From NCBI GenBank assembly GCA_043819795.1, contig JBDREN010000219.1, positions 1 through 58,900 of the forward strand: a stretch of 58,900 bases of DNA. Direction: 5' to 3'. A program made the position numbers and the translations under genes. The stretch comes from Elusimicrobiota bacterium (lineage in GTDB: Bacteria; Elusimicrobiota; Elusimicrobia; UBA1565). Positions 1-9,763 of the stretch are shown here, one piece after another. Position 1 is the first letter of the stretch; each line of letters starts with the position of its first letter. Below the pieces are notes generated by a model that was not told the origin of the DNA, made no database searches, and worked only from the letters and a program-made list of their open reading frames with translations.

Positions 1-8
1 CCTGCAAT

Positions 9-139
9 CGCCTGGAAGCGGCCTGCGCCTGCGTTGCTCCTCGGTCACATCCCGTCGAGGGATGCTCCCTCGTCGCGCCTTGGCTCGGCTCGCTCCAGGC
101 GATTTCGCCATCCGAAATACTTTTGCCACGGGCTGCTAG
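9..139. repeat. Structured REPIN/MITE-like palindromic element (probably cut by window start)
   Basis: Imperfect inverted arms TCGCCTGGA(A)GCG (9..) and CGCTCCAGGCGA (..102) around an inner CATCCC-GTCGA-GGGATG hairpin; ends TTTTGCCACGGGCTGCTAG; intergenic. Confidence 0.35.
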
Positions 140-365
140 CGGGCTCGGGGTCCTGTCGCAGTCCCGGCCCAGCGTGGGCGCGCGCGCCGTTTCAAGTAGC
201 ACTCGCAAGTATTACGCGAGTACGGCCGCGCCGAAGATCGCTTTCGGCGCGCGCTCGGGCTCGTCGCCCGGGTGTATGCGTATGCCGGGCAGCCTACGCC
301 CCGGTGGCCCGGGCCCCCTCGTCGGCAAGCCGCGCTTCCCACGGTATTGTTATAATATTGGGGCA

Positions 366-1421
366 ATGGAGCTGAAGCTCAAGGGCCTCACCTTGCGCAC
401 CGGGGTCATCCAGTCCCCGATGGCCGCCTGCACCGACCTCGCGTTCCGCCTCCTCGCCCGCGAGATGGGGATGGAGCTCGCCTTCGCGGAGATGGTCTCG
501 GCCCATGCGTTGGTTTATGACAACAGGAAGACGCTGGAGCTTCTGAAGACCGCGCCCGGGGACCGTCCGCTCGGGGCACAGCTCGTGGGCGCCGACCCCG
601 CTCGCATGGCGGCGGCGGCCGCGCGCATCGAGGAGATGGGCTTCGACGTGCTCGACCTCAACCTCGGCTGCCCGGCGCCAAAGATCACCCAAGGGGGGGG
701 CGGAGCCGGCTCGGCCCTCCTGACCCGCCCCGAGGCGGCGGGCCGCATCTTCATCGAGGTCATGAAGGCCGTCAAGCGCATCCCCGTCACCGTGAAGATG
801 CGTCTCGGCTTCGCCGATCCCAGCGGCGTGGAGGCCGTCGAGATCGGCAAGCGCGCCGAGGCGGCCGGGATCTGCGCCGTCACCGTCCATGGCCGCACCC
901 GCGAGCAGGGTTACAAGGTCGGAGCGGACTACTCGGCCATCGGCCGCGTGAAGCGGGCGCTTTCGATCCCCGTCATCGGCAACGGCGACGTCATGAGCGG
1001 ATCGGACGCCAAGCGCCTGGTCGAGGTCAGCCGCTGCGACGCCGTCATGCTTGGCCGGGGAGCCCTCGGCAACCCCTGGATATACAAGGACGTCGAGTCC
1101 GCGCTGAAGGGCGAGCCCGGAGCGCGGCGCGAGCCGACCCGGGATGACCGTCGCCGGACGCTGCTCAGGCACCTGGAGTTGGAGGTCCGGTTCGGGGGGG
1201 AGTGTCGGGCCCTTCTGCACATGCGCCGGATCGCCTGCTGGTATTTCGCGGGGCTTCCCGGGGCCGTCGCCTTCCGGCGGGACGTCTGCGCGGCGCGGAG
1301 CACCTCCGAGATGCGCGGCATCATCGAGGCCTTCGGAATATCGTCCGCGGGAAGGGCTCCCGGCGGGGGCGCTACTTCGTGCGAAGCAGCTCCAGGAACT
1401 TGTTGTCGGTCGACAGGATGA
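366..1421 (+). CDS. dusB: tRNA-dihydrouridine synthase DusB
   Basis: QSPMAACTD, DLNLGCPAPK, PVTVKMRLG, VTVHGRT, IPVIGNGDV, MLGRGALGNPW motifs; ATG 366 follows TGTTATAAT. Confidence 0.93.
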   Translation: MELKLKGLTLRTGVIQSPMAACTDLAFRLLAREMGMELAFAEMVSAHALVYDNRKTLELLKTAPGDRPLGAQLVGADPARMAAAAARIEEMGFDVLDLNLGCPAPKITQGGGGAGSALLTRPEAAGRIFIEVMKAVKRIPVTVKMRLGFADPSGVEAVEIGKRAEAAGICAVTVHGRTREQGYKVGADYSAIGRVKRALSIPVIGNGDVMSGSDAKRLVEVSRCDAVMLGRGALGNPWIYKDVESALKGEPGARREPTRDDRRRTLLRHLELEVRFGGECRALLHMRRIACWYFAGLPGAVAFRRDVCAARSTSEMRGIIEAFGISSAGRAPGGGATSCEAAPGTCCRSTG

Positions 1422-2331
1422 GCTTCGTGTCCTCGGGGAGGGCCTTCTCGTAGGCCTCGAGGGTGCGGACGAACTCGTAGAAATCCGGGTCGGCGTTCAT
1501 CGCCCCCGCGTAGATGCCGATGGCCTCGGCCTTGCCGCGGATCTTTCGGGCCGTGCGGTAGGCCTCCGATTCGATCACCTGCAGGTCTTTCTTGATCTTG
1601 CCCTCGATCTTCGCCTGCTCGCCCTTGCCGACGGAGCGGATCCGCTCGGCGATGCGCTGGCGCTCGGAGACCATGCGCTCGAACACCTTGTTCTCCACGC
1701 TCTTCTCGTAGACGATCCGGCGCAGCTGGACGTCGATGATCTCGATGCCGAACTCCTTGAGGCCGGCCCTCGCCTTCTCTATGATCCGGGCGCTGAGCTG
1801 CTCGCGGCCGACCAAGATCGGCTCGATCTCGCCGACGACCTCCTCCTGCTCGTCGGAGAGCTCGCCCTTATCGGACCGGATCTGCTGGGCGCGGACGACA
1901 TCGAGGATCGCGTTGCTGTTGCGCACCGCCTCGACGAGGTTGTTGTTGGAGAATACGTCGCGCGTGACGGAGTCCAGGATCCCGTCGAGACGCGAGCGCG
2001 CCCCGTCCTCGTCGCGCACCGTCTGGATGAAAAGGAGCGGGTCCACGATGCGCCAACGGGCGGTCGTGTCTACCCAGATGTACTTCTTGTCCTTGGTCGG
2101 GATCTGGTTCGGATATCCGTCCCAGTTGAGGATGCGTTTGTCCAGGCGGTGGATCTTCTGGATGAACGGCATCTTGAAGTGGAGGCCGGCCTGGGTGACG
2201 GGCTCGCCGACCGTGCGGCCGAACTGGGTGATGATGCTCTGCTCCCACTCCGAGACCCGGTAGGCCGAGGCCCGAAAAAAGAACAGCCCCAGCGCCACGG
2301 CGATCAGGATCGGAAGTCCGCGGCCGCTCAT
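1372..2331 (-). CDS. hflC: FtsH protease modulator HflC (SPFH domain)
   Basis: N-terminal TM, GLHFKMPFIQ, WRIVDPLLF, RMVSERQRIA, DPDFYEFVRTLEAYEK; ATGA overlap with hflK. Confidence 0.92.
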   Translation of the reverse strand: MSGRGLPILIAVALGLFFFRASAYRVSEWEQSIITQFGRTVGEPVTQAGLHFKMPFIQKIHRLDKRILNWDGYPNQIPTKDKKYIWVDTTARWRIVDPLLFIQTVRDEDGARSRLDGILDSVTRDVFSNNNLVEAVRNSNAILDVVRAQQIRSDKGELSDEQEEVVGEIEPILVGREQLSARIIEKARAGLKEFGIEIIDVQLRRIVYEKSVENKVFERMVSERQRIAERIRSVGKGEQAKIEGKIKKDLQVIESEAYRTARKIRGKAEAIGIYAGAMNADPDFYEFVRTLEAYEKALPEDTKLILSTDNKFLELLRTK

Positions 2332-3350
2332 CGAGCCTTCCCTCCCTGAGCGGAGTCGAATACCGGCAGAAGCCCCTTGACGCCCTTGTCGACGATGATC
2401 ATTTCCTTGAACCGGCTGTAGATCGTCTCGAGGGTCTCGAGGTGGAGGCGCGTGCGGGTGACGCGCGGCGCGGTCCGGTAGGCCCTGAGCACGTCGCGGA
2501 ACCGCGCGGCGTCGCCCTTCGCCCTGTTCACGACGCCCGCGGCCTCGCCCTCCGCGTCGCGGATGGTGCGCTCCGCCTTGCCGCGGGCCTCGGGGATCAC
2601 CTTGTTGTACTCCCGCTCGGCCTGGTTGATCACCTTCTCCTGCTCCTGCTTGGCCGCGTTCACTTCGTTGAAGGCCGGCCGGACCGACTCGGGCGGGTTG
2701 ACGTCCTGCAGCTTCAGCGTGATGATGCGTACGCCCATGTCGTAGTGGTCGAGCACCTCCTGCATGAGGCGATGGGCCTCCTCGGCGATCTCCACGCGCC
2801 CGACCGTCAGGACCGAGCTGACCGTACGGTCGCCGACCACGCGGCGCAGGACCGACTGCGAGACGTCGCGCAGGTTCTTCTTCACGTTGCGCGTGTTGAA
2901 GAGGAACTTGCGCGGCTCGGCGATCTTGTACTGGACGATCCACTCCACGTCGGCGACGTTGAGGTCGCCGGTGAGCATCAAAGACTCCTCGTCGAAGGCC
3001 TTTTCCTCATAGGCGCTCCGGGTGCCCTTCTGGCCCGTCGAACGGAAGCCGAACTCCTCCTGGAGCACCCGCTCGGTCGGGACCTTGATGGCCTGGTCGA
3101 TCCCGAAGGGGAGCTTGAAGTGGAGCCCCGGGGGCGTGGTCGAGACGTAGCGTCCGAAGCGCAGGATGACGGCCTTCTCTTGGGGCTCCACCGTATAGGT
3201 GGAGCTCAGGAGCGCGAAGGCCCCGATGACGGCGAGCACGATGGGCAATAGGAATTTCTTCTGAATGCCGGCGCCATGCTTGAACCGGCTCGAGATGTTG
3301 TTTAGCAGGTCGCGGATCTCTTCGCCGGGGTCGTCCCAGGGTTCGGGCAT
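2328..3350 (-). CDS. hflK: FtsH protease modulator HflK
   Basis: VILRFG, PGLHFKLP, MLTGDLNVADV, PPESVRPAFNEV, RAKGDAARF, RLHLET. Confidence 0.93.
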   Translation of the reverse strand: MPEPWDDPGEEIRDLLNNISSRFKHGAGIQKKFLLPIVLAVIGAFALLSSTYTVEPQEKAVILRFGRYVSTTPPGLHFKLPFGIDQAIKVPTERVLQEEFGFRSTGQKGTRSAYEEKAFDEESLMLTGDLNVADVEWIVQYKIAEPRKFLFNTRNVKKNLRDVSQSVLRRVVGDRTVSSVLTVGRVEIAEEAHRLMQEVLDHYDMGVRIITLKLQDVNPPESVRPAFNEVNAAKQEQEKVINQAEREYNKVIPEARGKAERTIRDAEGEAAGVVNRAKGDAARFRDVLRAYRTAPRVTRTRLHLETLETIYSRFKEMIIVDKGVKGLLPVFDSAQGGKAR

Positions 3351-3367
3351 GCGGAGAGTATACTATA

Positions 3368-4864
3368 TTAGAGGTTGAAGCTCAGTAGGTATTCCTTTTT
3401 CTTCGCCACGATCTCCATGGCGTCCAGCCCGGGGCCTTCGCTGAGCGTCGAGCGGATGGAGCGCGCGAACCCAAGCCCGTTGTCCTCCAGCCGCATCAGG
3501 TCTACGATCACGGGGGGGGCGTCCTGCTCCCCGTCGGCCGCCTGCGAAGGGGCCGACGGCGCCGCCTCATCGGGCGGAGGGCTTTTGGCCTCGAAGAGGT
3601 ACACCTGGGGCCTGGCGACGTTGGCGGCGTTGGCGCGGACCACGACGCCGCGCTGTCCGTCGTCGAGGCGCACCAGCGTCCCGACCGGATAGAGGCCCAC
3701 CAGCTGGACCAGCAGCTTCGCCAGCGTCGGGTCGTACCAGCGGCCCCGGTGGCGGAGGATGCTCTTCAGGACGCGGTCCTGCCGGTGCTTCCTCCAGTAC
3801 CAGCGGTCGCTGAAGTTGGCCAGGTCGTAGGTGTCGGCGAGATTGAGGATCTTGTGGAGGATGTCGGGGGTGTAGCCGTCCTCGGCCGCCGCCGCTCCCG
3901 CGGGCCCCGGCTTCTCGTGGTGGTGGGCGGCGAGCAGGGGGATCTGGGTCGGGATATCGTCGTTGCGGGCCAGAAGGAGGAAGCCCCAGGTCCGGTGCTG
4001 GCTGACGGCGGCCCGCTCGAAGAGGCCCAGGGGGCTCGGGTTCTCGGTCCATTCCAGCGGGATCGTGCTGCGCCCCAGGTCGTGCAGGAAGGCGCCCACG
4101 CACAAGGTCTGGATCTGCCCGGAGTTGAGCCCGTAGAGCTCTCCCAGAGCGCAGCTCAGGATGGCCACGTTCACGCTGTGGGCGACGTGCGGCTGCATCC
4201 CGCGGCCCAGCAGCGGCAGGAGCAGGAACGGCTCGTATCCCTTCGTGCGGATGGTCGCCATCAGGTCGTCGGCCAGGCGGTAGAGCGGCTTGAGGTCCGC
4301 GTTGGGGCCGCCGAGCAGCTCCTCGTCGGTGGATTTCAGCGTGGCGACGGCCTTCTCGTACCAGTCGAGCAGGGTCCGCCGGCGCACCATCTTCGACTTG
4401 CTGGCGACGTCGTCGACCTCCGCCTCCACGACATGGATGGTGCGGACGCCGTTGCGCGCCAGGATCTCCCCGGGAGGCTCCATGGACGGCTTGTTGGCTT
4501 CCGCGTTCATCAGCTTGAAGAACTCCGTCAAATCCTGCTGGGTGACCCCCTTCATGATCGTCAGGTACTTCACCCGGCATTTCGCGAACCGGTCGACCAG
4601 CATCTGGTTGTTGGCCGTCTCCTCGATGGATATCGCCCCTTCGACGTAGAGCATCTCGTCCATGAAGCCGAAGCCCACGTCGTCGGTCTCGTCAAGCACG
4701 GGGGAGAGGCCTGCGTGCAGCTTGGAGATCACCGCCGTCACCTCTTTGTGGGTCGGGGGGTAGAGGCGAACGTTGTTGAAGGCGAAGTTCATGTCCCGGA
4801 GGCAGGCGATCAGCTGCTTCCAGCGCTCCAGTCCCGCCCGGGACTTCCTAGCGCGACGCGCCAT
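3368..4864 (-). CDS. HD-GYP-like phosphohydrolase domain protein
   Basis: HSVNVA, LHDLGR, HHHE, ADTYD, GLYPVGTLVRLDDG; GYP motif degenerate. Confidence 0.8.
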   Translation of the reverse strand: MARRARKSRAGLERWKQLIACLRDMNFAFNNVRLYPPTHKEVTAVISKLHAGLSPVLDETDDVGFGFMDEMLYVEGAISIEETANNQMLVDRFAKCRVKYLTIMKGVTQQDLTEFFKLMNAEANKPSMEPPGEILARNGVRTIHVVEAEVDDVASKSKMVRRRTLLDWYEKAVATLKSTDEELLGGPNADLKPLYRLADDLMATIRTKGYEPFLLLPLLGRGMQPHVAHSVNVAILSCALGELYGLNSGQIQTLCVGAFLHDLGRSTIPLEWTENPSPLGLFERAAVSQHRTWGFLLLARNDDIPTQIPLLAAHHHEKPGPAGAAAAEDGYTPDILHKILNLADTYDLANFSDRWYWRKHRQDRVLKSILRHRGRWYDPTLAKLLVQLVGLYPVGTLVRLDDGQRGVVVRANAANVARPQVYLFEAKSPPPDEAAPSAPSQAADGEQDAPPVIVDLMRLEDNGLGFARSIRSTLSEGPGLDAMEIVAKKKEYLLSFNL

Positions 4865-6710
4865 GGGATGGGGATTCCTCCTCTATCTGGTTGAGCGAAG
4901 CGAGGGCCGCCAGCCGGAGGCTCTTCTTCGCCCCGGGAATCCACTCGCGCCACACGTTGAGCCACTCGCGCCAGGTCCGCCGGGCCACGCCCTCGAGGAA
5001 GTCGCGAGTCAGAGCGCTCGGCAGGCGTCCGAGGGCCGTGACGACGGCCAGCCGGATCTGGTGCTCCTGGTTCTGGTGGTAGGAGTCGATGAGTCTCGCG
5101 TCGACATCGGGTTCGCCGATCAGCGAGAGGGCCGTGACCGCCAGCTTGGCCTCCTCGGGGTACCGGCCGGAGGCGATGAACGAGGCCAAGGCCTCCACGG
5201 CGTCGGGCCCGCCGGCGCGTCCCGCCGCGCGCACGGCCGCCCCGCGGACCTTCGGGTGCTGGTGGCGAAGCAGCGGCGCGACGTGCTTCACGATCTCCCC
5301 GTAGTGCATCTCATCGAGGATCCCGATCACTTCCACCACCAGGAAGTAGTCCTCGTCGCCGAGCGCGTCGATGAGGGCCTTGGGCCCGAACGGACGGGAC
5401 ACGGCCGCCAAGAGGCTGGAGAGCTTCTTGCGGAGCTGCTTGTCCGCGGCCCGGCGGATCTCGTCGAGAAGCAGCGGCACGATCTTCCTCCCTACCGTCA
5501 GGACGAAGTCGTGAAGCTCTTGGAGCGCCTCGCTGCCGGGCTCGACGGCGCCCAGATGGGCCGCCATGCTCTGGGCTAAAGCGGGGGTCGGGACTTTGTC
5601 CTGGACGTAGGTCTTCAGGATCGCCAGGTAGGAGCCCCATTTGGGGTCGGACGCCAACCGGTGCCACATCTCGTATTCCTTCAGAAGGGGGGGCAGGTTG
5701 CCCGTGCGTCCCAGGTCCGCCAGCAGCCGCGCGTAGGCGTACAGGGCGAATTTCGGCTGCTTGTCCCCGGCGGGTTTGGCCAGGATCGCGTGCACCTCCG
5801 AGAGAGCGTATCGGAACGCCGCCTTGGCCTCGTGGCTCTGACGCTCCTGCAGGGCGGCCAGATCGTTCGCGTCGAAAGTCGTGAGCTGCGATGCGAGCGC
5901 GTGGCGGTCCCATTTCTTGCGGCCGCCGAGGTCGCGCTGGAAGCGGTCCCAGCAGGCGCGGATCCGGGGGTCGTAGAAGGACCAGGGCATGCTGCCCAGG
6001 AACTGCTCCAGGGAGATGTCGTGGTACAGCACCTGGTCCAGGAGGGTCGAGATGGATTCCGCGTCCTTGGATGTCAGCGGCTCGTTCTGCTTGGCCAGGA
6101 GGTGCAGGAAATCGGGCAGCGTCTTGGCGGACGTGAAGGCCGTGATCTGTTCTTCCGAGAGCTTTCCCGGCTCTTGCTGCGCCTCGTCCTGCTCCCCGGT
6201 GACGACGAAGCTCATGATGCTGACCAGCTGCATCCCGTCGATGCGCAGTTCCTGGATGGCCTTCTGCAGGTCGGTCAGTGTGCGCTTCTCGTCCGGTTTC
6301 CACACCAAGATGCCCATGAACTGAGTCATCCCCTCGTCGGTGAGGCGGTTGGTGAACAGCACCTGCCCGATGCCCAGCGTGTGCAGGGAGGCGGCCAGCG
6401 ACACGACCTCGGGAGTCTCGTTGAGAGGGCCCTCCTCGAATAATACTGACTTAGCCTTGACCTCCAGCATGAGGTTGGGCTCCTCCCCGATGGCGGCGCG
6501 CAGCAGCTGGTTCACGCGTCCCACCACCTGCGGGATGACGGAATGCCCGGCGTGGTAGAGGGAGATCGTCCTGGATCCCTTGACGAGGGACCCGACAAAA
6601 ACCCCGACCGCGTCCTGCCTGCGTTTGAGCTCCGCTTTGTCCCCGGTTATCTCCGGCACGCGTGGTCCTCCGGACGCAGTTAGTTTAGCAGCGGGGCGCT
6701 TACTTTTCAA
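4848..6710 (-). CDS. HEAT-repeat protein
   Basis: C-terminal HEAT repeats (LIDALGDEDYFLVVEVIGIL, LLRHQHPKVRGAAVRAAG); N-terminus resembles that of the adjacent HD protein (LYxxxH motif). Confidence 0.75.
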   Translation of the reverse strand: MKSKRPAAKLTASGGPRVPEITGDKAELKRRQDAVGVFVGSLVKGSRTISLYHAGHSVIPQVVGRVNQLLRAAIGEEPNLMLEVKAKSVLFEEGPLNETPEVVSLAASLHTLGIGQVLFTNRLTDEGMTQFMGILVWKPDEKRTLTDLQKAIQELRIDGMQLVSIMSFVVTGEQDEAQQEPGKLSEEQITAFTSAKTLPDFLHLLAKQNEPLTSKDAESISTLLDQVLYHDISLEQFLGSMPWSFYDPRIRACWDRFQRDLGGRKKWDRHALASQLTTFDANDLAALQERQSHEAKAAFRYALSEVHAILAKPAGDKQPKFALYAYARLLADLGRTGNLPPLLKEYEMWHRLASDPKWGSYLAILKTYVQDKVPTPALAQSMAAHLGAVEPGSEALQELHDFVLTVGRKIVPLLLDEIRRAADKQLRKKLSSLLAAVSRPFGPKALIDALGDEDYFLVVEVIGILDEMHYGEIVKHVAPLLRHQHPKVRGAAVRAAGRAGGPDAVEALASFIASGRYPEEAKLAVTALSLIGEPDVDARLIDSYHQNQEHQIRLAVVTALGRLPSALTRDFLEGVARRTWREWLNVWREWIPGAKKSLRLAALASLNQIEEESPSHGASR

Positions 6711-6765
6711 TGACCGTGAAGCATTTTCGGGCCCGGGGCCGGGAGGCGGAATTTGTTACAATGGG

Positions 6766-7239
6766 ATGCCGTCGGAGAGCGGCGGCAGGGAGGTCCCCGT
6801 GGCTTATACCGCTGAGCTGTTGGTCCGCGAAGTTGTGACCGTCGCCCCGTCCGAGCCCATCCTTGAGGTGGCGCGGTTGATGCGCCGCAAGCATATCGGA
6901 TGCGTGGTGGTGGCCGAAGGCGGAAAGATCGCCGGCATCTTCAGCGAGCGAGATTTGGTCAACCGGGTGGTGGCCGAGGCGGTGGACCCCCAGCAGATTC
7001 CGGTGTCCCGGGTCATGACGGCCGCCCCAGTGACCGTCGAGTCGTCGGAGCCTCTTGAGCGCGTCTTCGCCGTGCTCGCCCGGCGCCGGTTCCGGCACGT
7101 ACCCATCACCAAGGACGGCCGGCCGGTGGGAATGGTCAGCCTCTCGGACTTCGTCGGGGTCCTCGGGGAGGTCTTCAGCGAGGAAAGGTACGTCCAGTAC
7201 TTCGCCGACTACTTCAATCAGGAGGCCTCGGCGCGCTGA
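6766..7239 (+). CDS. CBS domain pair protein
   Basis: VVTVAP, IGCVVV, GIFSERDLV, VSRVMT, FRHVPI, GMVSLSD; start uncertain. Confidence 0.88.
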   Translation: MPSESGGREVPVAYTAELLVREVVTVAPSEPILEVARLMRRKHIGCVVVAEGGKIAGIFSERDLVNRVVAEAVDPQQIPVSRVMTAAPVTVESSEPLERVFAVLARRRFRHVPITKDGRPVGMVSLSDFVGVLGEVFSEERYVQYFADYFNQEASAR

Positions 7240-7243
7240 ATAA

Positions 7244-7272
7244 CGCATCCCTCCCCCGCGGGGAGGGATGCG
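7244..7272. repeat. REP-like palindrome / terminator hairpin
   Basis: CGCATCCCTCCCC-CGC-GGGGAGGGATGCG, 13-bp stem between convergent genes. Confidence 0.65.
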
Positions 7273-7406
7273 CAAGCGAGAGGGGGCTCGTCGTTGCCCT
7301 TCGCCGTGCGGCCGTTCCCGCATCCCCGACCCCGCCGGCACGACGCCTCAAGGCGCCCCCACCGCAGGGCGTCCCTCCTCTACGACGGACAGCGCCCCCC
7401 TCCCAC

Positions 7407-7441
7407 ATGCGCGCCCCTCCCCGTGGGGGAGGGGCGCGCAT
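7407..7441. repeat. REP-like palindrome
   Basis: ATGCGCGCCCCTCCCC-GTG-GGGGAGGGGCGCGCAT, 16-bp stem; same family as 7244 and 11203. Confidence 0.65.
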
Positions 7442-8757
7442 CAATGCCCGCCCGTCTTGAAGGTCCCGACGAAGACGGCGGCCAGGAATCCGAGGACGGT
7501 CATGAGGCCGTTGGCGGGGCCTCTCTGCTCGGCGGCCTCGGGAAGCATGGTTTCCGCGATCATGGCGAGCATGGCGCCGGCGGCCAGCCCTCCGACAAAG
7601 ACGGCGATCGTCGGCGTCAGGTAACCGAAGGTCAGGTTGCCGATGAAGGCGCCGATGCCGGTCAAAATCGCCAACGACAGCCACATCCAGACGATCTTCG
7701 CCGTGGTGTAGCCCTGCTGCTTCATCCCCACGGCCGACGAGAGGGCTTCGGGGAAGTTCGCCAGGAACACGCCAGCGATCAGAGACAGGCTCACCGTTCC
7801 GCTCCCGATCATCGAGCCCCCGATCACGAGAGACTCCGGGATCCCGTCGAGGAGGATGCCGAGCCAGATCGCCAAGGCCGCGCCGCCGCCGGCTTCGGAA
7901 TGGGCCTCCACGATATCGGCCGGGGTCGGGGACACCGAGGCATGGCTGATGCTCGCCTTCGCCACGTTCGCCCATGTGCGCGACGCCGCTTCGGAATCGT
8001 CGGCCGCGAGCCGCTCGAGCGCCTCTCTGCGCTTGCGGGTCAGGTCCGTGACCGCGCTCTTCAGAGCGGGCGAGACCACCAACAGGCGGTCGAAATGCTC
8101 CTTGTCCAGGACCCAGGCGGTCACGTCCTGCATGGCCCGGACGGTGGCGGTCCGCGGCTCTCCGGTCAGCAGGGCCATCTCGCCGAATGCGTCGCCCTCT
8201 CCCAGCCGCGCGATCTTCGTGTCCCCCTGGCGGTGGCCCCGGACGATCTCGACCTCGCCGCTATCGAGCAGGTATAGGCGGTCTCCCTTGTCGCCTTTGC
8301 GGAAGATCGTCGCCCCCTTCGGAAACGAGGCTCGGCGCAGGGCCGGAAGCAGGGCCTGCATCTCCCCCGGAGGCAGGGCGCGCAGCAGGGCGATGCGCGA
8401 GCATTTTTCCAGGAGGGATTCCGCCCGCCGCCGCTTGACGTGCGTGAGATGGCTGACGGTGGTCGAGAGCTTGCGCAGGAAGCCCCCGTGGCCGTTGAGC
8501 ATGCCGTTGAGGCCCATGAAGAGGAGGGCTCCCGCGACGCACCCGAAGCCGAGCGGCCAGAAGCCGGCGGTGTGCAGGCTCTCGGCGACCAGCTCCAGCG
8601 TGAGCGCGGCGAGGAGCGCTCCCGCTCCGAAGGACATGAGGCTCGAGGTCCATTTGTTCGAGGGACGGATCCATAAGCCCAGAAGGGCGCCCAGCGGCAG
8701 GGAGACCGCGCTGATGATGCCCCACCAGAATGCGGTGAATGCGTTGCCGAGTTCCAT
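7441..8757 (-). CDS. ZIP-family metal transporter with inserted cyclic-nucleotide-binding domain
   Basis: ZIP motifs FGAGALL, LLDGIPES, NFPEA, GAMLAMIAETMLPEA; CNB motifs IFRKGDKGDRLYLL, FGEMALL, PRTATVRA. Confidence 0.88.
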   Translation of the reverse strand: MELGNAFTAFWWGIISAVSLPLGALLGLWIRPSNKWTSSLMSFGAGALLAALTLELVAESLHTAGFWPLGFGCVAGALLFMGLNGMLNGHGGFLRKLSTTVSHLTHVKRRRAESLLEKCSRIALLRALPPGEMQALLPALRRASFPKGATIFRKGDKGDRLYLLDSGEVEIVRGHRQGDTKIARLGEGDAFGEMALLTGEPRTATVRAMQDVTAWVLDKEHFDRLLVVSPALKSAVTDLTRKRREALERLAADDSEAASRTWANVAKASISHASVSPTPADIVEAHSEAGGGAALAIWLGILLDGIPESLVIGGSMIGSGTVSLSLIAGVFLANFPEALSSAVGMKQQGYTTAKIVWMWLSLAILTGIGAFIGNLTFGYLTPTIAVFVGGLAAGAMLAMIAETMLPEAAEQRGPANGLMTVLGFLAAVFVGTFKTGGH

Positions 8758-8794
8758 GTTTGTCCTCCAAGAATGAGCTAGTGGGCGGCCGATT

Positions 8795-9763
8795 TCAACG
8801 TCCGCCGTGCCGAGTCCGGGGGCGACGCGCGCCGAGCCTGAACAACCCCAAGGCGCTGCCGAAGCGGGCTTCCGGAGGTTCGCGCTCTTCGTCGTCGAGC
8901 GACATCTGGGACCACGTATCGCTCAAGACGGACCCCGCCATCTTGTCGCGCAGAGCCATGCCTGCGAGATACCCCTCCCCCATGATGATCGTTTGTCCGC
9001 ATTCCAGGCGCTCGGTCAGTCGCTCCGGCGTCTGTCGGGGCTTGCCCGCGAGCACGCTGCGGGGGTTCTCGACGTATATCCAGTTCATGGTGGTCCGGGC
9101 GCTGGACAGGCAAAGGGCGGTCCAGCCCGGGGGGCTTTCGGCGGCGGCGTCGGCCGTTTCTCCGCCTTGGGCGGCGGGCTGATCCGCGGATCCGCCCCCG
9201 GCGAGCGAACGGAGTCCTCCGATCGCCTGGAAGTAGTCCGGCTCCGGATCGCTCCCGGGATGCATGCGGCCAATCCACACGCGGTTGTCCCGTCCGATGA
9301 TCACCGCGGGCACCTCCGGAGGATCGGGAGCCAGATGGACGTTTCCGTCGATGATCGTCAGGCCCCGCACGTTCATCCGATTCGATGGATGGCCGGCGCC
9401 GAGGGCCACGAGGGCTCCCGATCGTCGAGCCATCCCGTCGAGGGCCTCGCGGGCGGCCGGGCCGCCGTCGATGCGGTCATGACCGAGCAGCGGCTTGACG
9501 TATAGGTCCTTGCGCCGGAGGTCTATGGCGATCACGTGCGCGTACTCGCGGCTTTCCGCCTGCCATCGCGCGTAGACGACCCCCGGGGCGAGATATTCGA
9601 CCCGAGAGCCCGGGAGGCGGCCCTCGATGGTCTGCAGCAGGGGTATGACGCGGCCTTCCTGCTTGGGAAGCGGCGTGCAGCCGGAGAGAGCCGGGATGAT
9701 GAGCCAGACGAGCCAGGCGGCCGCAGGCGGGGCGGAAGCCTTCAACGCCCGGGTCCCGCTCAC
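8795..9763 (-). CDS. Putative lipoprotein with phosphodiester glycosidase (NAGPA-like) domain
   Basis: Hydrophobic leader ending LSGC (lipobox-like), HVIAIDL, GLTIIDG; GTG start overlaps upstream stop. Confidence 0.5.
   Translation of the reverse strand: MSGTRALKASAPPAAAWLVWLIIPALSGCTPLPKQEGRVIPLLQTIEGRLPGSRVEYLAPGVVYARWQAESREYAHVIAIDLRRKDLYVKPLLGHDRIDGGPAAREALDGMARRSGALVALGAGHPSNRMNVRGLTIIDGNVHLAPDPPEVPAVIIGRDNRVWIGRMHPGSDPEPDYFQAIGGLRSLAGGGSADQPAAQGGETADAAAESPPGWTALCLSSARTTMNWIYVENPRSVLAGKPRQTPERLTERLECGQTIIMGEGYLAGMALRDKMAGSVLSDTWSQMSLDDEEREPPEARFGSALGLFRLGARRPRTRHGGR

Noticed and set aside
1372..1421. 50-bp convergent overlap of dusB and hflC
   Set aside because: Common in GC-rich genomes; the DusB tail looks like non-conserved run-on
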